64,000 nucleotides of DNA from contig CALCZU010000132.1 of assembly GCA_937903155.1 (NCBI GenBank), forward strand, positions 18,043 through 82,042, in the 5' to 3' direction. Numbering within the stretch: the first letter of the stretch is position 1; each line of letters begins with the position of its first letter. The notes beneath the pieces were generated by a model. It worked only from the letters and a program-made list of their open reading frames with translations, was not told where the DNA came from and did no database searches. The translations under genes were made by a program, and so were the position numbers. Source of the DNA: an uncultured Bdellovibrionales bacterium (GTDB lineage: Bacteria > Bdellovibrionota > FAC87 > UBA2466). This document shows positions 55,983-64,000 of this stretch, in pieces.

Positions 55983-58046
55983 TTAGTGAGCCCAGTCTCT
56001 GAGACCTTCGCGTCCTAAGTTTCTCGCCTGAGCGATTCTTTCAGGCGTAATAAATCCTTCGGGCCCGCGAATCGCCGAGAGTTTTGCACCGTGTTTTAAA
56101 CCAATTTTATAAATTTCTTTCACTCGATCCATTGAGAGTTCGCGAGAGAGAGAAAAGGGCTCATATCGGCCTTCCATCGTGAGAAGAATCGTTTCTGCTA
56201 GGCACGCATAGACCGAAGGTTTGGGCAGTCCGATATCGACGTTGTAGTCGGGAGTTCCTGGAAGATGCACTTCTCCGCTTTCGATCACCAAAACATCGGG
56301 GCGCTTCGCCGCGTCTTCCGCACTAATATCGAGTGGCCGCGAGCAATCGCAAATCACTGCCCCCGGTTTCACTTCGTTAATATTTAAAATGCTGCCAGAG
56401 AGATTTGAGGTCGCCGTCACAATGAGATCGGCCGTCGGAAGATCCGCATTGGCATGAGTCGACAACTTTACTTTGGTGTGAGGAGACTTCGCTAAGACTT
56501 CTTCTCTTAACTCCAAAAGCTTGTCCGAACGCTGCCCAACAAGCACAATATCGTCGAAAACCAATGACACCAGAAGCGAAGCCACGCGCCCGATACTACC
56601 GGTCGCGCCAATAATCATCGCTCTTCCGTGAACTCGTTTGCCATTTTCATGGGGTTTTACAAATCCCATTTGAGCAACCATATCTCTCGCAGCCCAAAGT
56701 GTTGTCGCAACTGAATAAGAATTCCCTGTCGTGACAGGAAGTGGAGAGCGCCTGGAAACCGTCACTCCCGCATCCCCCACAATTTTGGTGTAAGCTCCGA
56801 GACCGAAAAGCAAAGCGCCATCTTTTTGTGCCATGACACTTGCGTTGACGAGTTTTTTGTAAATCATTTCTTCTGAGTTTGAGAGAAGTTGTTTCGGTGT
56901 TCCCATGATCCCGTAAATATCGCAGACCACTTCTTGACCATTAAAAGCACTCTGTGCACCAGTCAAAAGTCCGTATTTAAACACAGGGAGACGAATTAAA
57001 GACTTCTCAACCAAATCCTTCACCGGTTTAGACGTTTTTTTAAAGGGCCGAAACGCAGGAACTCTAAAAATATCCCTTTGGCTGAGAGGATGAACGATGA
57101 AGGCACAACGTCTTGCCCCTTCGACTCTTTCCCCTTTTAACCGGTTAGGTCGAATTTTTAATTTCGAAATCCATTCCAAAGCGAAATCATTGAATGCGAG
57201 TGGGCTATCTTCTGCGAGACGAATCTGATCAATCGTCGCTGAAAGCAACGAAAAGGGTTTTGCTCGCATGGCTTCAAGAAGCGGGTGGTGCGGAACAAAT
57301 TCGATAACCTGAGCCACTCCATTGGCTTCCAATTGTTCTCGCTGCGAACGAGAGAGAAAATCAACAAAAACAATCTTCCCTTTAACGACACTTAAATCAG
57401 GAATGTGTTCGAAGAGACTCGAGTAAGTGACAAAAACGTCGGACTGCTTGACCCACTCGCCCAGTTTCTTGAGCAAAGGCTGCTTTTTGTTATTGGGATT
57501 AAAGTAACTTTTCACCCAATTTAAAACTTTTAGCCCTTTGGTGAGGCGCTCTACGTTTGCTTCCCCTTCGAGTAAAACGGGGAGAGACGAAAAGACAAGC
57601 GCATCAGCACTAAAAATACGCGCACCATTTGCTTTGAAGACTTCGTAAAAGGAACTCGCTAGCACTGAGTGGAAGAGAACTTTTTTTCCACGAACCAGAT
57701 GCGGGTGATCTTTAAACACCTTTTTAAGTGTCCATTCTGCAAATAGGTTTCGAATTTCGTCGCCAATGTAAACCTGGCTTCTTTTTGCCAATCGAAAAAG
57801 GGCGAGCGTTTGGTCGTGAAATACTTGGGTCTGGCCAATTCCAATCGATTTACGTGTTCCGCTGAGAGCAATCGCATCCACATAGCCGTCATAGCGTTGG
57901 ATCAAGGCTTCGGCCGTTTTAAAATCCCATCCGATCGAGTGCGTTTGGACGTTAAAATCAATGCCTTCCATCTCGAAGATAAACTCTTGAGGGGTAGCGA
58001 CATTCAAAAAATCTAAAATTAAAATTTTTCTCTCTTTGCGAATCAT
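55983..58046 (-). CDS. Two-domain protein: N-terminal ~300-aa unknown domain fused to a C-terminal acyl-ACP reductase (AAR)-like NAD(P)-binding domain
   Basis: The C-terminal half aligns block-by-block with cyanobacterial AAR: AFIVHPLS vs FGLIGHLTS, TTGNSYSVA vs TTGNTHTAY, IIGATGSIGRVAS vs VVGATGDIGSAVC, LVGQRSDKLLELREEV vs LTARNQERLDNLQAEL. The comparison is from memory of the AAR sequence. Confidence 0.5.
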   Translation of the reverse strand: MIRKERKILILDFLNVATPQEFIFEMEGIDFNVQTHSIGWDFKTAEALIQRYDGYVDAIALSGTRKSIGIGQTQVFHDQTLALFRLAKRSQVYIGDEIRNLFAEWTLKKVFKDHPHLVRGKKVLFHSVLASSFYEVFKANGARIFSADALVFSSLPVLLEGEANVERLTKGLKVLNWVKSYFNPNNKKQPLLKKLGEWVKQSDVFVTYSSLFEHIPDLSVVKGKIVFVDFLSRSQREQLEANGVAQVIEFVPHHPLLEAMRAKPFSLLSATIDQIRLAEDSPLAFNDFALEWISKLKIRPNRLKGERVEGARRCAFIVHPLSQRDIFRVPAFRPFKKTSKPVKDLVEKSLIRLPVFKYGLLTGAQSAFNGQEVVCDIYGIMGTPKQLLSNSEEMIYKKLVNASVMAQKDGALLFGLGAYTKIVGDAGVTVSRRSPLPVTTGNSYSVATTLWAARDMVAQMGFVKPHENGKRVHGRAMIIGATGSIGRVASLLVSLVFDDIVLVGQRSDKLLELREEVLAKSPHTKVKLSTHANADLPTADLIVTATSNLSGSILNINEVKPGAVICDCSRPLDISAEDAAKRPDVLVIESGEVHLPGTPDYNVDIGLPKPSVYACLAETILLTMEGRYEPFSLSRELSMDRVKEIYKIGLKHGAKLSAIRGPEGFITPERIAQARNLGREGLRDWAH

Positions 58047-59047
58047 GCGTTTTCCCTCTGTAAAAAATCGCTATACCCTCTAAAAAATACATCTTGGTAT
58101 TTTTGAAAGGAAGGCACGAGGTTTTCTGAAAAGTCTCTGGTAAATTCCGGGTTTTTTAATTCCGTCGGAGTAAAACAAAAATCAAAAAGTTGAGACGGTA
58201 TATGCGTGTACCGAGTTTGTAGTTTCAGTGTCATAGAGGGGGCTCGGGTCATCAAAACTTTGGTTCGCGGAAAATATCGCCGCACCATCAAATTTGCTAA
58301 AATCGAGGCTCTCAGACTGTTGGGATTGTAAACACCATAAATCGGTTTGAGATCATTCATAAAGAGTGCCTTTACAAAGGCAAGGGCCGCCACATCGACG
58401 GGCACCAATGGGAGCAACGCTTTTCGTGCTCCTGGAATCGGAAGCACAGGGAGCCTTCCCAAAACTCTATTGGACTTTAAATTTTGTAAAAAATTTAAAA
58501 GGTAGTAAGGCCCATCTAGTTTTGCGATTTCACCTGATTGGCTGTCACCCACGAGAATTCCCAAGCGCAGTGCAACGCCTCTGACAGAAGACTCTAACAC
58601 GAGCTTCTCCGCCATCGCTTTGGTATGCGCGTAGGCTTTTTTCTTTGACGGCAGTGCGGTTAAAGGCAATTCATTTGAAACCGCTCCCCACGAGTCATTT
58701 TCGACAGCGTAACTAGAAGCATGCAGAAACAGCGGCTGATTCTGCGTTCTTTGCGCCCACTGGACAATCGAAGACGTTGCTAAAATATTATGGAGGTAAC
58801 ACTCTCGGTAATTCGCTTCGAATTGATAAAGGCCGGCCAGATGAATGATCGCATCGACTTTATTTTTCACGCCGTAAAGAGAGGTCGGGTCCGAGAGATC
58901 ACATTTGACGGATTTGATTCGACTATCGAGAAACTTCCGTTCACTTCTTGAGAGAAGGATAATCTCTGAAACTCTTTCTTCTTTTAACAGTTCACTTAAA
59001 ACCTGTTTCCCCAAAAATCCTGTCGCGCCGGTTAATAAAACTTTCAT
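58043..59047 (-). CDS. SDR-family NAD(P)-dependent epimerase/dehydratase/reductase
   Basis: 334 aa. N-terminal LLTGATGFLG Rossmann motif and a catalytic YxxxK region. It overlaps neighbours by 4 bp on both sides, so it is part of an operon. Confidence 0.65.
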   Translation of the reverse strand: MKVLLTGATGFLGKQVLSELLKEERVSEIILLSRSERKFLDSRIKSVKCDLSDPTSLYGVKNKVDAIIHLAGLYQFEANYRECYLHNILATSSIVQWAQRTQNQPLFLHASSYAVENDSWGAVSNELPLTALPSKKKAYAHTKAMAEKLVLESSVRGVALRLGILVGDSQSGEIAKLDGPYYLLNFLQNLKSNRVLGRLPVLPIPGARKALLPLVPVDVAALAFVKALFMNDLKPIYGVYNPNSLRASILANLMVRRYFPRTKVLMTRAPSMTLKLQTRYTHIPSQLFDFCFTPTELKNPEFTRDFSENLVPSFQKYQDVFFRGYSDFLQRENA

Positions 59048-60006
59048 ACGGATTCACTCAATAATTCTGGATACGTCTCTGTCATCGTTTTACGAAGTCG
59101 ATTGGTTCGATACACTTTTAGAGAAGACGGAAGAATGGAAAACTCGAGACGACTCGCTTTGGTCAAAGTTTCACCATCGCCAAAAACACAGAGTTTCTCA
59201 CCATCAATGGACTCTACAACGACCTTTTTTGAGGTAAAGGTAATGGCACCCTCGGGAGGTCTCCCTCTTTTGATATCCGAAAAAACTTTGAGAACATCTA
59301 CGGCACGCGTTTTTGCGATAATCAGCGATTCCATATAGCCGTCGCTGTTTCTGGCATTGGGAGAGACCCAGAGATCCCCTCCGAGCTTTTGTTGATTGCA
59401 AATGAAAATAGCCGCGGTGTCGTGCACGCCATGATAACTCTCAGAAGTAATGCGCACCTTGTGCTTATAGCCATTCTGGAAAAAGATTTGTTCGAGAGAG
59501 AGAAAAGAATAAATCTGTGACTTCATTTTTTTCGCAAGCCAGTTGATCGGTTTGAATCGATTGCGGAGCTGATTAAACTGCAGCGTGAGCAACGCGCCAA
59601 AACCAATTCCGCCAACTGTCGCAAAAGGACATCCATTCACAATAATGAGGTCCATCTCCTCATATTGTTTTTCTTGGATGAGTTCCGGAACTTTTTCCCA
59701 GTTCACTCTCATCCCGAGTTCTTCAACGAGATCATTTGCGGTGCCACCCGCAATTAACAAGAGAGGAAGATTTCTTCCCATCACCGCCGGCAATGCTTGG
59801 TTCAAAGTGCCGTCGCCCCCGATTAAAATCACGCATTCATAATCCGCGGGCTGGAGCTTCCAAAGACACTCGCGCAGTTCTTCGGTAGATTCGGGACAAG
59901 CAAATTGAGTTTGGAAATTTTTTAAGAATTTTTCTGCCATCAATTGATGGAGTTGAATTTCGGCTTTGGCCTTACAGCCATTCACTACAATAAAAACTTT
60001 TTTCAT
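59044..60006 (-). CDS. Lipid kinase, diacylglycerol-kinase catalytic-domain family (YegS/BmrU-like)
   Basis: 320 aa. The DAGK_cat signature is VILIGGDGTLNQALPAV. Gly-rich nucleotide loops IAGGTANDL and GGIGFG are present. Confidence 0.7.
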   Translation of the reverse strand: MKKVFIVVNGCKAKAEIQLHQLMAEKFLKNFQTQFACPESTEELRECLWKLQPADYECVILIGGDGTLNQALPAVMGRNLPLLLIAGGTANDLVEELGMRVNWEKVPELIQEKQYEEMDLIIVNGCPFATVGGIGFGALLTLQFNQLRNRFKPINWLAKKMKSQIYSFLSLEQIFFQNGYKHKVRITSESYHGVHDTAAIFICNQQKLGGDLWVSPNARNSDGYMESLIIAKTRAVDVLKVFSDIKRGRPPEGAITFTSKKVVVESIDGEKLCVFGDGETLTKASRLEFSILPSSLKVYRTNRLRKTMTETYPELLSESV

Positions 60007-60142
60007 TTTTTAATCACCCAGCCTAAGCCTGCAAGCTGACATAATGCGTTAGCAGTGTAAACCACGCTTTAAAGAAATGATTTTTTTCTGTGGTTCTAGG
60101 TGTTTACGGGGATTAAAAACAGTTGAATTTGAGAGGGGATTT

Positions 60143-61273
60143 TTACTTCTTAACCAAGTGCTTAAGTGGGTTAGGAGTACACGGATCAAAACCTTCTGCC
60201 AAAAGGACATCGGGCTTTTTATTTGCGAAGTTTTTATTAAACGATTGAAAAATTTGTGGATCAAATTTTCCGGGTTGCATCCCGTACATTGTATTCAAAG
60301 CTTCTACCGGAGGAATCGCTTTATGGTACGAGCGATCGGTCGTTAAAGCATCAAAGACATCCGCGATCGCGACAATTCTCGAGAGAGGAGCGATCTGATC
60401 GCCTTTTAATTTTTGAGGATATCCGGTGCCGTCAAAATTTTCGTGGTGTTCGTGCACAACGTTTCGCGTTTCCAGCGGAATGTTTTCGATATCTCCGACC
60501 AGCTCTTTTCCATAAATCGGGTGTCTTTTGACTTCTTCCCACTCGTCTTTTGTGAGCGCAGAACTTTTATTGATGATTTTGACATCAATCTTACGTTTGC
60601 CGATATCGTGTAGTAAGCCGCCGAGCCCCGCAAGCATCAACATGTTCTTATCTTCGCCAAAAAATTTTTTCGCAAGGGCAATGGAATAGACAGCCACATC
60701 CACGCAATGATTATAAGTGTAATAATCGTGAGTCGAAAGTCTCATAAGAGATGCGACAGCATTCACGTCTTCCGACACAAAATTCACCATCTCGGAGACC
60801 AGGTCTTTTGCTTCCATCAGGGTTGCCGCGACATTTTCTTTTGTGAAAAGATCGTGCACATGTAGAAACGCAGACTCTTTAATGAACTGACTTTTAAGTT
60901 CTGTCCCCGTACTCGGGTTACTGATCACATCTTTCAACGATTTTAAGTAAAGATCACGTTGATCCTCAGGAACCAAAAATCTTTCACCCCCGTGATGCAG
61001 GAGTTGTTTAATCCGCTCCTTGGAGAGGAGCTCGTTGCGTTTACGGAAAAGAACGGGGTTTCCGCCGACCGTTAAGTAAATATCGTAAGGGAGAGGCGCT
61101 TGGACCGCGACACTTTTTACTCGGATTTCAAAAAACGGAGTCGCTGTTAATTTTTGTGCAGGCTGTGACACTGAATGGTCTCCTTCCCCTTCTATTCGGA
61201 AAAAATCGGCGTAAACTACAGGCGCAAGTGAGAATAACAACGCGAAGCAACAACTAAGAAGGAATTTCCTCAT
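60143..61273 (-). CDS. HD-GYP domain phosphohydrolase (probable c-di-GMP phosphodiesterase) with N-terminal hydrophobic leader
   Basis: 376 aa. HD motifs are HCVDVA....LLHDIGK....HHENFDGTGYP...DVFDALTTDRSY. The leader is MRKFLLSCCFALLFSLAPVVYA. Confidence 0.85.
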   Translation of the reverse strand: MRKFLLSCCFALLFSLAPVVYADFFRIEGEGDHSVSQPAQKLTATPFFEIRVKSVAVQAPLPYDIYLTVGGNPVLFRKRNELLSKERIKQLLHHGGERFLVPEDQRDLYLKSLKDVISNPSTGTELKSQFIKESAFLHVHDLFTKENVAATLMEAKDLVSEMVNFVSEDVNAVASLMRLSTHDYYTYNHCVDVAVYSIALAKKFFGEDKNMLMLAGLGGLLHDIGKRKIDVKIINKSSALTKDEWEEVKRHPIYGKELVGDIENIPLETRNVVHEHHENFDGTGYPQKLKGDQIAPLSRIVAIADVFDALTTDRSYHKAIPPVEALNTMYGMQPGKFDPQIFQSFNKNFANKKPDVLLAEGFDPCTPNPLKHLVKK

Positions 61274-61317
61274 TTATGACAAACTGCATTCACTTTCCTC
61301 CGCTATCCTCTGGGAAT

Positions 61318-62520
61318 ATGAAAAATTTTTTAGCCTTGTTTCTGGGATTTTTAGCGGGTTTTAGCTCATTTGCGTTCGCACAAGACTGCACTCCAAACTG
61401 GGAAGTCTTTTCTTCTGAGCCTTATGTCGAAAAAGCGTTTCCCGACACAAATGTGACCTACTGGCGATACCGCTTTGAGGTTCCCGAAAATTCAACGACA
61501 GGACTTAAGATTAGCGGCAAATTCCCGTACTCCCGCTACATGAACTACAACGTTTACGATCAAAAGACTTTGGATACTGCAGGGTCGCTACCCGACCGCG
61601 AGATTCTTCCTGAAGATGGATCTAAAAACCCTTTCTTAGAAAACGCCGATCGCAAAATGGTTCAAAGAGATTATTCGACCTGGATAGTCCCCTCTGCTTA
61701 TCTCTCAATGCCTTTGCCCAATATTTTACCCCTTCCCAATGGTCAGTATGTCGAAGTTTGGTACCGGGTCTACGCGCCCGATAAAGGAAAAGATAAGAAC
61801 GGAGGAGTCGCTTTACCGACGATAAAAAGCATCGATCTTCTCACCGGAGAAGAAACGGCTTGTCCTAAAGCGAAAGCCTTGAAAACCCCACCCTTCTTGG
61901 CTTTCGGGTCTCTTCCCCCTGGCACCAATCGCGACAAAATCGAATTCTATCGCCCTAAACCAGGTGGCTTTTATCCCAATAAAGACAATACGTATCTCGT
62001 CGGCTTTTTGTCGTCAGATCGAAAAGACGTCAACGTGATCCAGATGAGGGTTCCTACTTTTGCAAAGACCGACCCAGGAGAACCCTTCTTCTCCGATAAA
62101 AACGAAACTCGATATTGGTCACTCTGTTCAGGAGGCGTTTCGCAAAAAACTGCCGATTGCATGAGAGACTTTCACTTTAAACAACGCAAAGACGGATTCA
62201 TCACCGCAGTCGTTGGGCCCGCTTCTATCCGTGAAAAAGTCGAAGCGCGTGGATTAAATTTTATCAATCGAGGGGAATTTGTTTTCTCAGTCATGATTTA
62301 TCGAAATCTACTCGCGCAAGAAAATTTTGTCGGAAACCAACGCAAGGTGCCTATGTTACCGGCTCCCGAGCTATTTAATGAAAAAGAACGCCGAAGATAT
62401 GCCGCTCAAAATTATATCGGCGATTACGCCCCCCAAGGCCAAAGTTGTTCCGTCGAAACGTTCCTCGCCGAACTCGAGATCGGAAAATCGACTCTTTGTA
62501 ACGTCCCCTCTGGTCTCTAA
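61318..62520 (+). CDS. Hypothetical secreted protein
   Basis: Start taken at MKNFLALFLGFLAGFSSFAFAQ, a signal peptide. About 400 aa with no motif recognised. Confidence 0.4.
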   Translation: MKNFLALFLGFLAGFSSFAFAQDCTPNWEVFSSEPYVEKAFPDTNVTYWRYRFEVPENSTTGLKISGKFPYSRYMNYNVYDQKTLDTAGSLPDREILPEDGSKNPFLENADRKMVQRDYSTWIVPSAYLSMPLPNILPLPNGQYVEVWYRVYAPDKGKDKNGGVALPTIKSIDLLTGEETACPKAKALKTPPFLAFGSLPPGTNRDKIEFYRPKPGGFYPNKDNTYLVGFLSSDRKDVNVIQMRVPTFAKTDPGEPFFSDKNETRYWSLCSGGVSQKTADCMRDFHFKQRKDGFITAVVGPASIREKVEARGLNFINRGEFVFSVMIYRNLLAQENFVGNQRKVPMLPAPELFNEKERRRYAAQNYIGDYAPQGQSCSVETFLAELEIGKSTLCNVPSGL

Positions 62521-62698
62521 GACCGGTTCTCAGCCAGCCTCTTGCGTCCTTGATGACGCGTGATGCATTTCTGCCGTCGCATTAAGATTTATCGACGACT
62601 TGGCAATCTGCATTCCCGTGGATACAATGGCATCAAGTTCGAATTCCGTCCGTACATTACCAAAAACAAAAAGCAGTTATTACTTAGGAGGTTCTTCC

Positions 62699-64000
62699 AT
62701 GAGAAGTACTTTAAAGTTAATGGGACTTAGTCTCATGATCAGTGCAGTGACGTTTGCTGCGAAAATTGCCGTGGTCGATAGTGGCGTTGATTACAAACAT
62801 CCCGAGCTCAGTGGCAAAATTTGGGACAATGCCGGCGGCACCGTTACCGATGCCGATGGAAAAAAATACGCCAACGTCACTCAAGGGTGGAATTTCGCGG
62901 AAAACAATAATCAAGTGATTGATTATAAATACTTAGGAACTTTCTCTGCGGATTGCACAAAAATCTTCGAAGTTCAGGCGAAGATTTTAAAAGAAGAAGC
63001 TTCTGAGGAAGAAAAATCCTGGTATGCCTCCAAGAAAAAAGACGAAACCTTCTTAAAGGAACTTGGCAAATTCGGAAACTTCGTCCATGGAACTCACGTT
63101 TCGGGAGTTTCTGCACACGAAGCCGGCGATGCTGAAATCGTCGCGGTCAAAATCATTCCGACGGCTCCTCCCGGTAGCCGCGCTCAAGAAATGCTGAACC
63201 AATTTATGGTGGGCAGAAGAGCCGAAAACCCTCTCGTAAAAATGTTCTTAGGCATGCTCGCTAAAAAACAAGGGGACATGCTGACGGGCTTCGGAAAATT
63301 CGTTGCAGCGACGAACTCGCAAGTGGCTAACGGATCTTTTGGCACAAGCGTGAAAGCAGTCATTCCTGCAATCACTCCCCTTCTGACTCAGCTTTTAGGC
63401 AAAGAGCCCACTGAAGAAGAAAAATCCGAATACGCAAAATATTTCGTCGAACAAATTCTTGTTTCGTCGAAAGGTTTTGTGGATTCTTCCAAAGAAACGC
63501 TCTTCGTGTTCGCCGCTGGAAATGACGGAACAAACAATGATTCGCTCCCGACGTCTCCTGCGAACTTAAAACAAGACAACACGATCGCCGTCGCGGCAAC
63601 GAATGGTTATACAGCCCTTGCAAGCTTCTCGAACTTCGGTTCGAAGATGGTAGAAGTGGCAGCTCCTGGGGTCGCAATCGTTGCGGCAATTCCCGGTGAC
63701 GCTACTCTTGCCATGAGCGGCACCAGCATGGCGGCTCCCTTTGTAACGAACGTCGCGGGTCTTGTGAAAGATGCCAACGAAAAACTTGAGTCGGTCAATA
63801 TCCGCAAAGTCCTCATGGAAACTGTGGATAAAAAAGATTTCCTAAAAGGAAAAGTCACCACCGGCGGAATCGTAAACAAAGCCCGAGCGCTTCGTGCAGC
63901 GGATCTTTCTCGCACGATGTCTTTGAGCGAAGCGATTCTTGCAGCTCGTCGTGATGTGAGAGATGTCGTCGAACACGATTCTCGACTCACAACACTCGAG
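62699..64000 (+). CDS. Subtilisin-like serine peptidase (S8 family), 3'-truncated by window end
   Basis: ATG at 62699, with the frame open to the window end, so it is absent from the ORF track. Signal peptide MRSTLKLMGLSLMISAVTFA. The catalytic triad is visible as Asp in VAVVDSGVD, His in HGTHVSG and Ser in GTSMAAP, with the oxyanion Asn in AAGNDG. Confidence 0.8.
   Translation, partial: MRSTLKLMGLSLMISAVTFAAKIAVVDSGVDYKHPELSGKIWDNAGGTVTDADGKKYANVTQGWNFAENNNQVIDYKYLGTFSADCTKIFEVQAKILKEEASEEEKSWYASKKKDETFLKELGKFGNFVHGTHVSGVSAHEAGDAEIVAVKIIPTAPPGSRAQEMLNQFMVGRRAENPLVKMFLGMLAKKQGDMLTGFGKFVAATNSQVANGSFGTSVKAVIPAITPLLTQLLGKEPTEEEKSEYAKYFVEQILVSSKGFVDSSKETLFVFAAGNDGTNNDSLPTSPANLKQDNTIAVAATNGYTALASFSNFGSKMVEVAAPGVAIVAAIPGDATLAMSGTSMAAPFVTNVAGLVKDANEKLESVNIRKVLMETVDKKDFLKGKVTTGGIVNKARALRAADLSRTMSLSEAILAARRDVRDVVEHDSRLTTLE

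Overview
This 64-kb window (roughly 48% GC by eye) is densely coding on both strands. I found no rRNA, CRISPR array, transposase or integrase. The content reads as bacterial chromosome from a predatory or delta-proteobacterial-type organism, possibly a Bdellovibrio-like lineage. That guess is inference from the many signal-peptide proteins, a TIGR02147-like HTH protein, a prepilin-type protein and a dispersed palindromic repeat family.

Housekeeping genes I can support from sequence:
- gltA (citrate synthase)
- proC
- fadH
- a class III aminotransferase
- a DegT-family sugar aminotransferase
- OsmC, pirin, HutD
- an SrkA/YihE kinase
- a Gfo/Idh/MocA oxidoreductase
- a CDP-alcohol phosphatidyltransferase
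- a MarR regulator, a HAD phosphatase and an HD-GYP phosphodiesterase
- tRNA-Val(TAC)
- a 3'-partial S8 subtilase
- a 5'-partial SWIM-zinc-finger protein

The observations I rank highest:
1. An archaeal-type topoisomerase VI operon, top6B-top6A at 19541..22472. Both subunits look canonical and the B subunit carries a lysine-rich C-terminal tail.
2. A 1358-aa SF2 (ResIII/DEAH) helicase with an N-terminal signal-peptide-like leader and about six ~125-aa C-terminal repeats (29270..33346). It sits just downstream of tRNA-Val and is co-oriented with a pilin-like / coiled-coil / proline-rich operon.
3. A lipid-related island of about 20 kb (39550..60006) with three parts:
   - A tightly packed 8-gene minus-strand operon: UbiA prenyltransferase, a PEP-utilising phosphotransferase with rifampin-phosphotransferase-like architecture, a hypothetical protein, an FtsX permease, a sterol-desaturase-family hydroxylase, an acyltransferase-like protein, an ABC ATPase and a second FtsX permease.
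   - Divergent neighbours: a LolA-like carrier and an outer-membrane barrel, then a BtaA/DUF3419-like protein, an adenylate-forming ligase and FadH.
   - A final group: an acyl-ACP-reductase-like fusion, an SDR and a DAGK-type lipid kinase.
   - Together these look like a system that builds or remodels an unusual lipid and exports it to the outer membrane.
4. A REP-like intergenic repeat family with core GTCATTGCGAG, seen at eight or more sites, often as inverted pairs between convergent genes.
5. A 142-bp nested perfect-ish inverted repeat between gltA and top6B.
6. An internally deleted RND efflux-pump pseudogene immediately downstream of MarR.

All functional calls come from motif-level reading of the translations. 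I ran no database searches.
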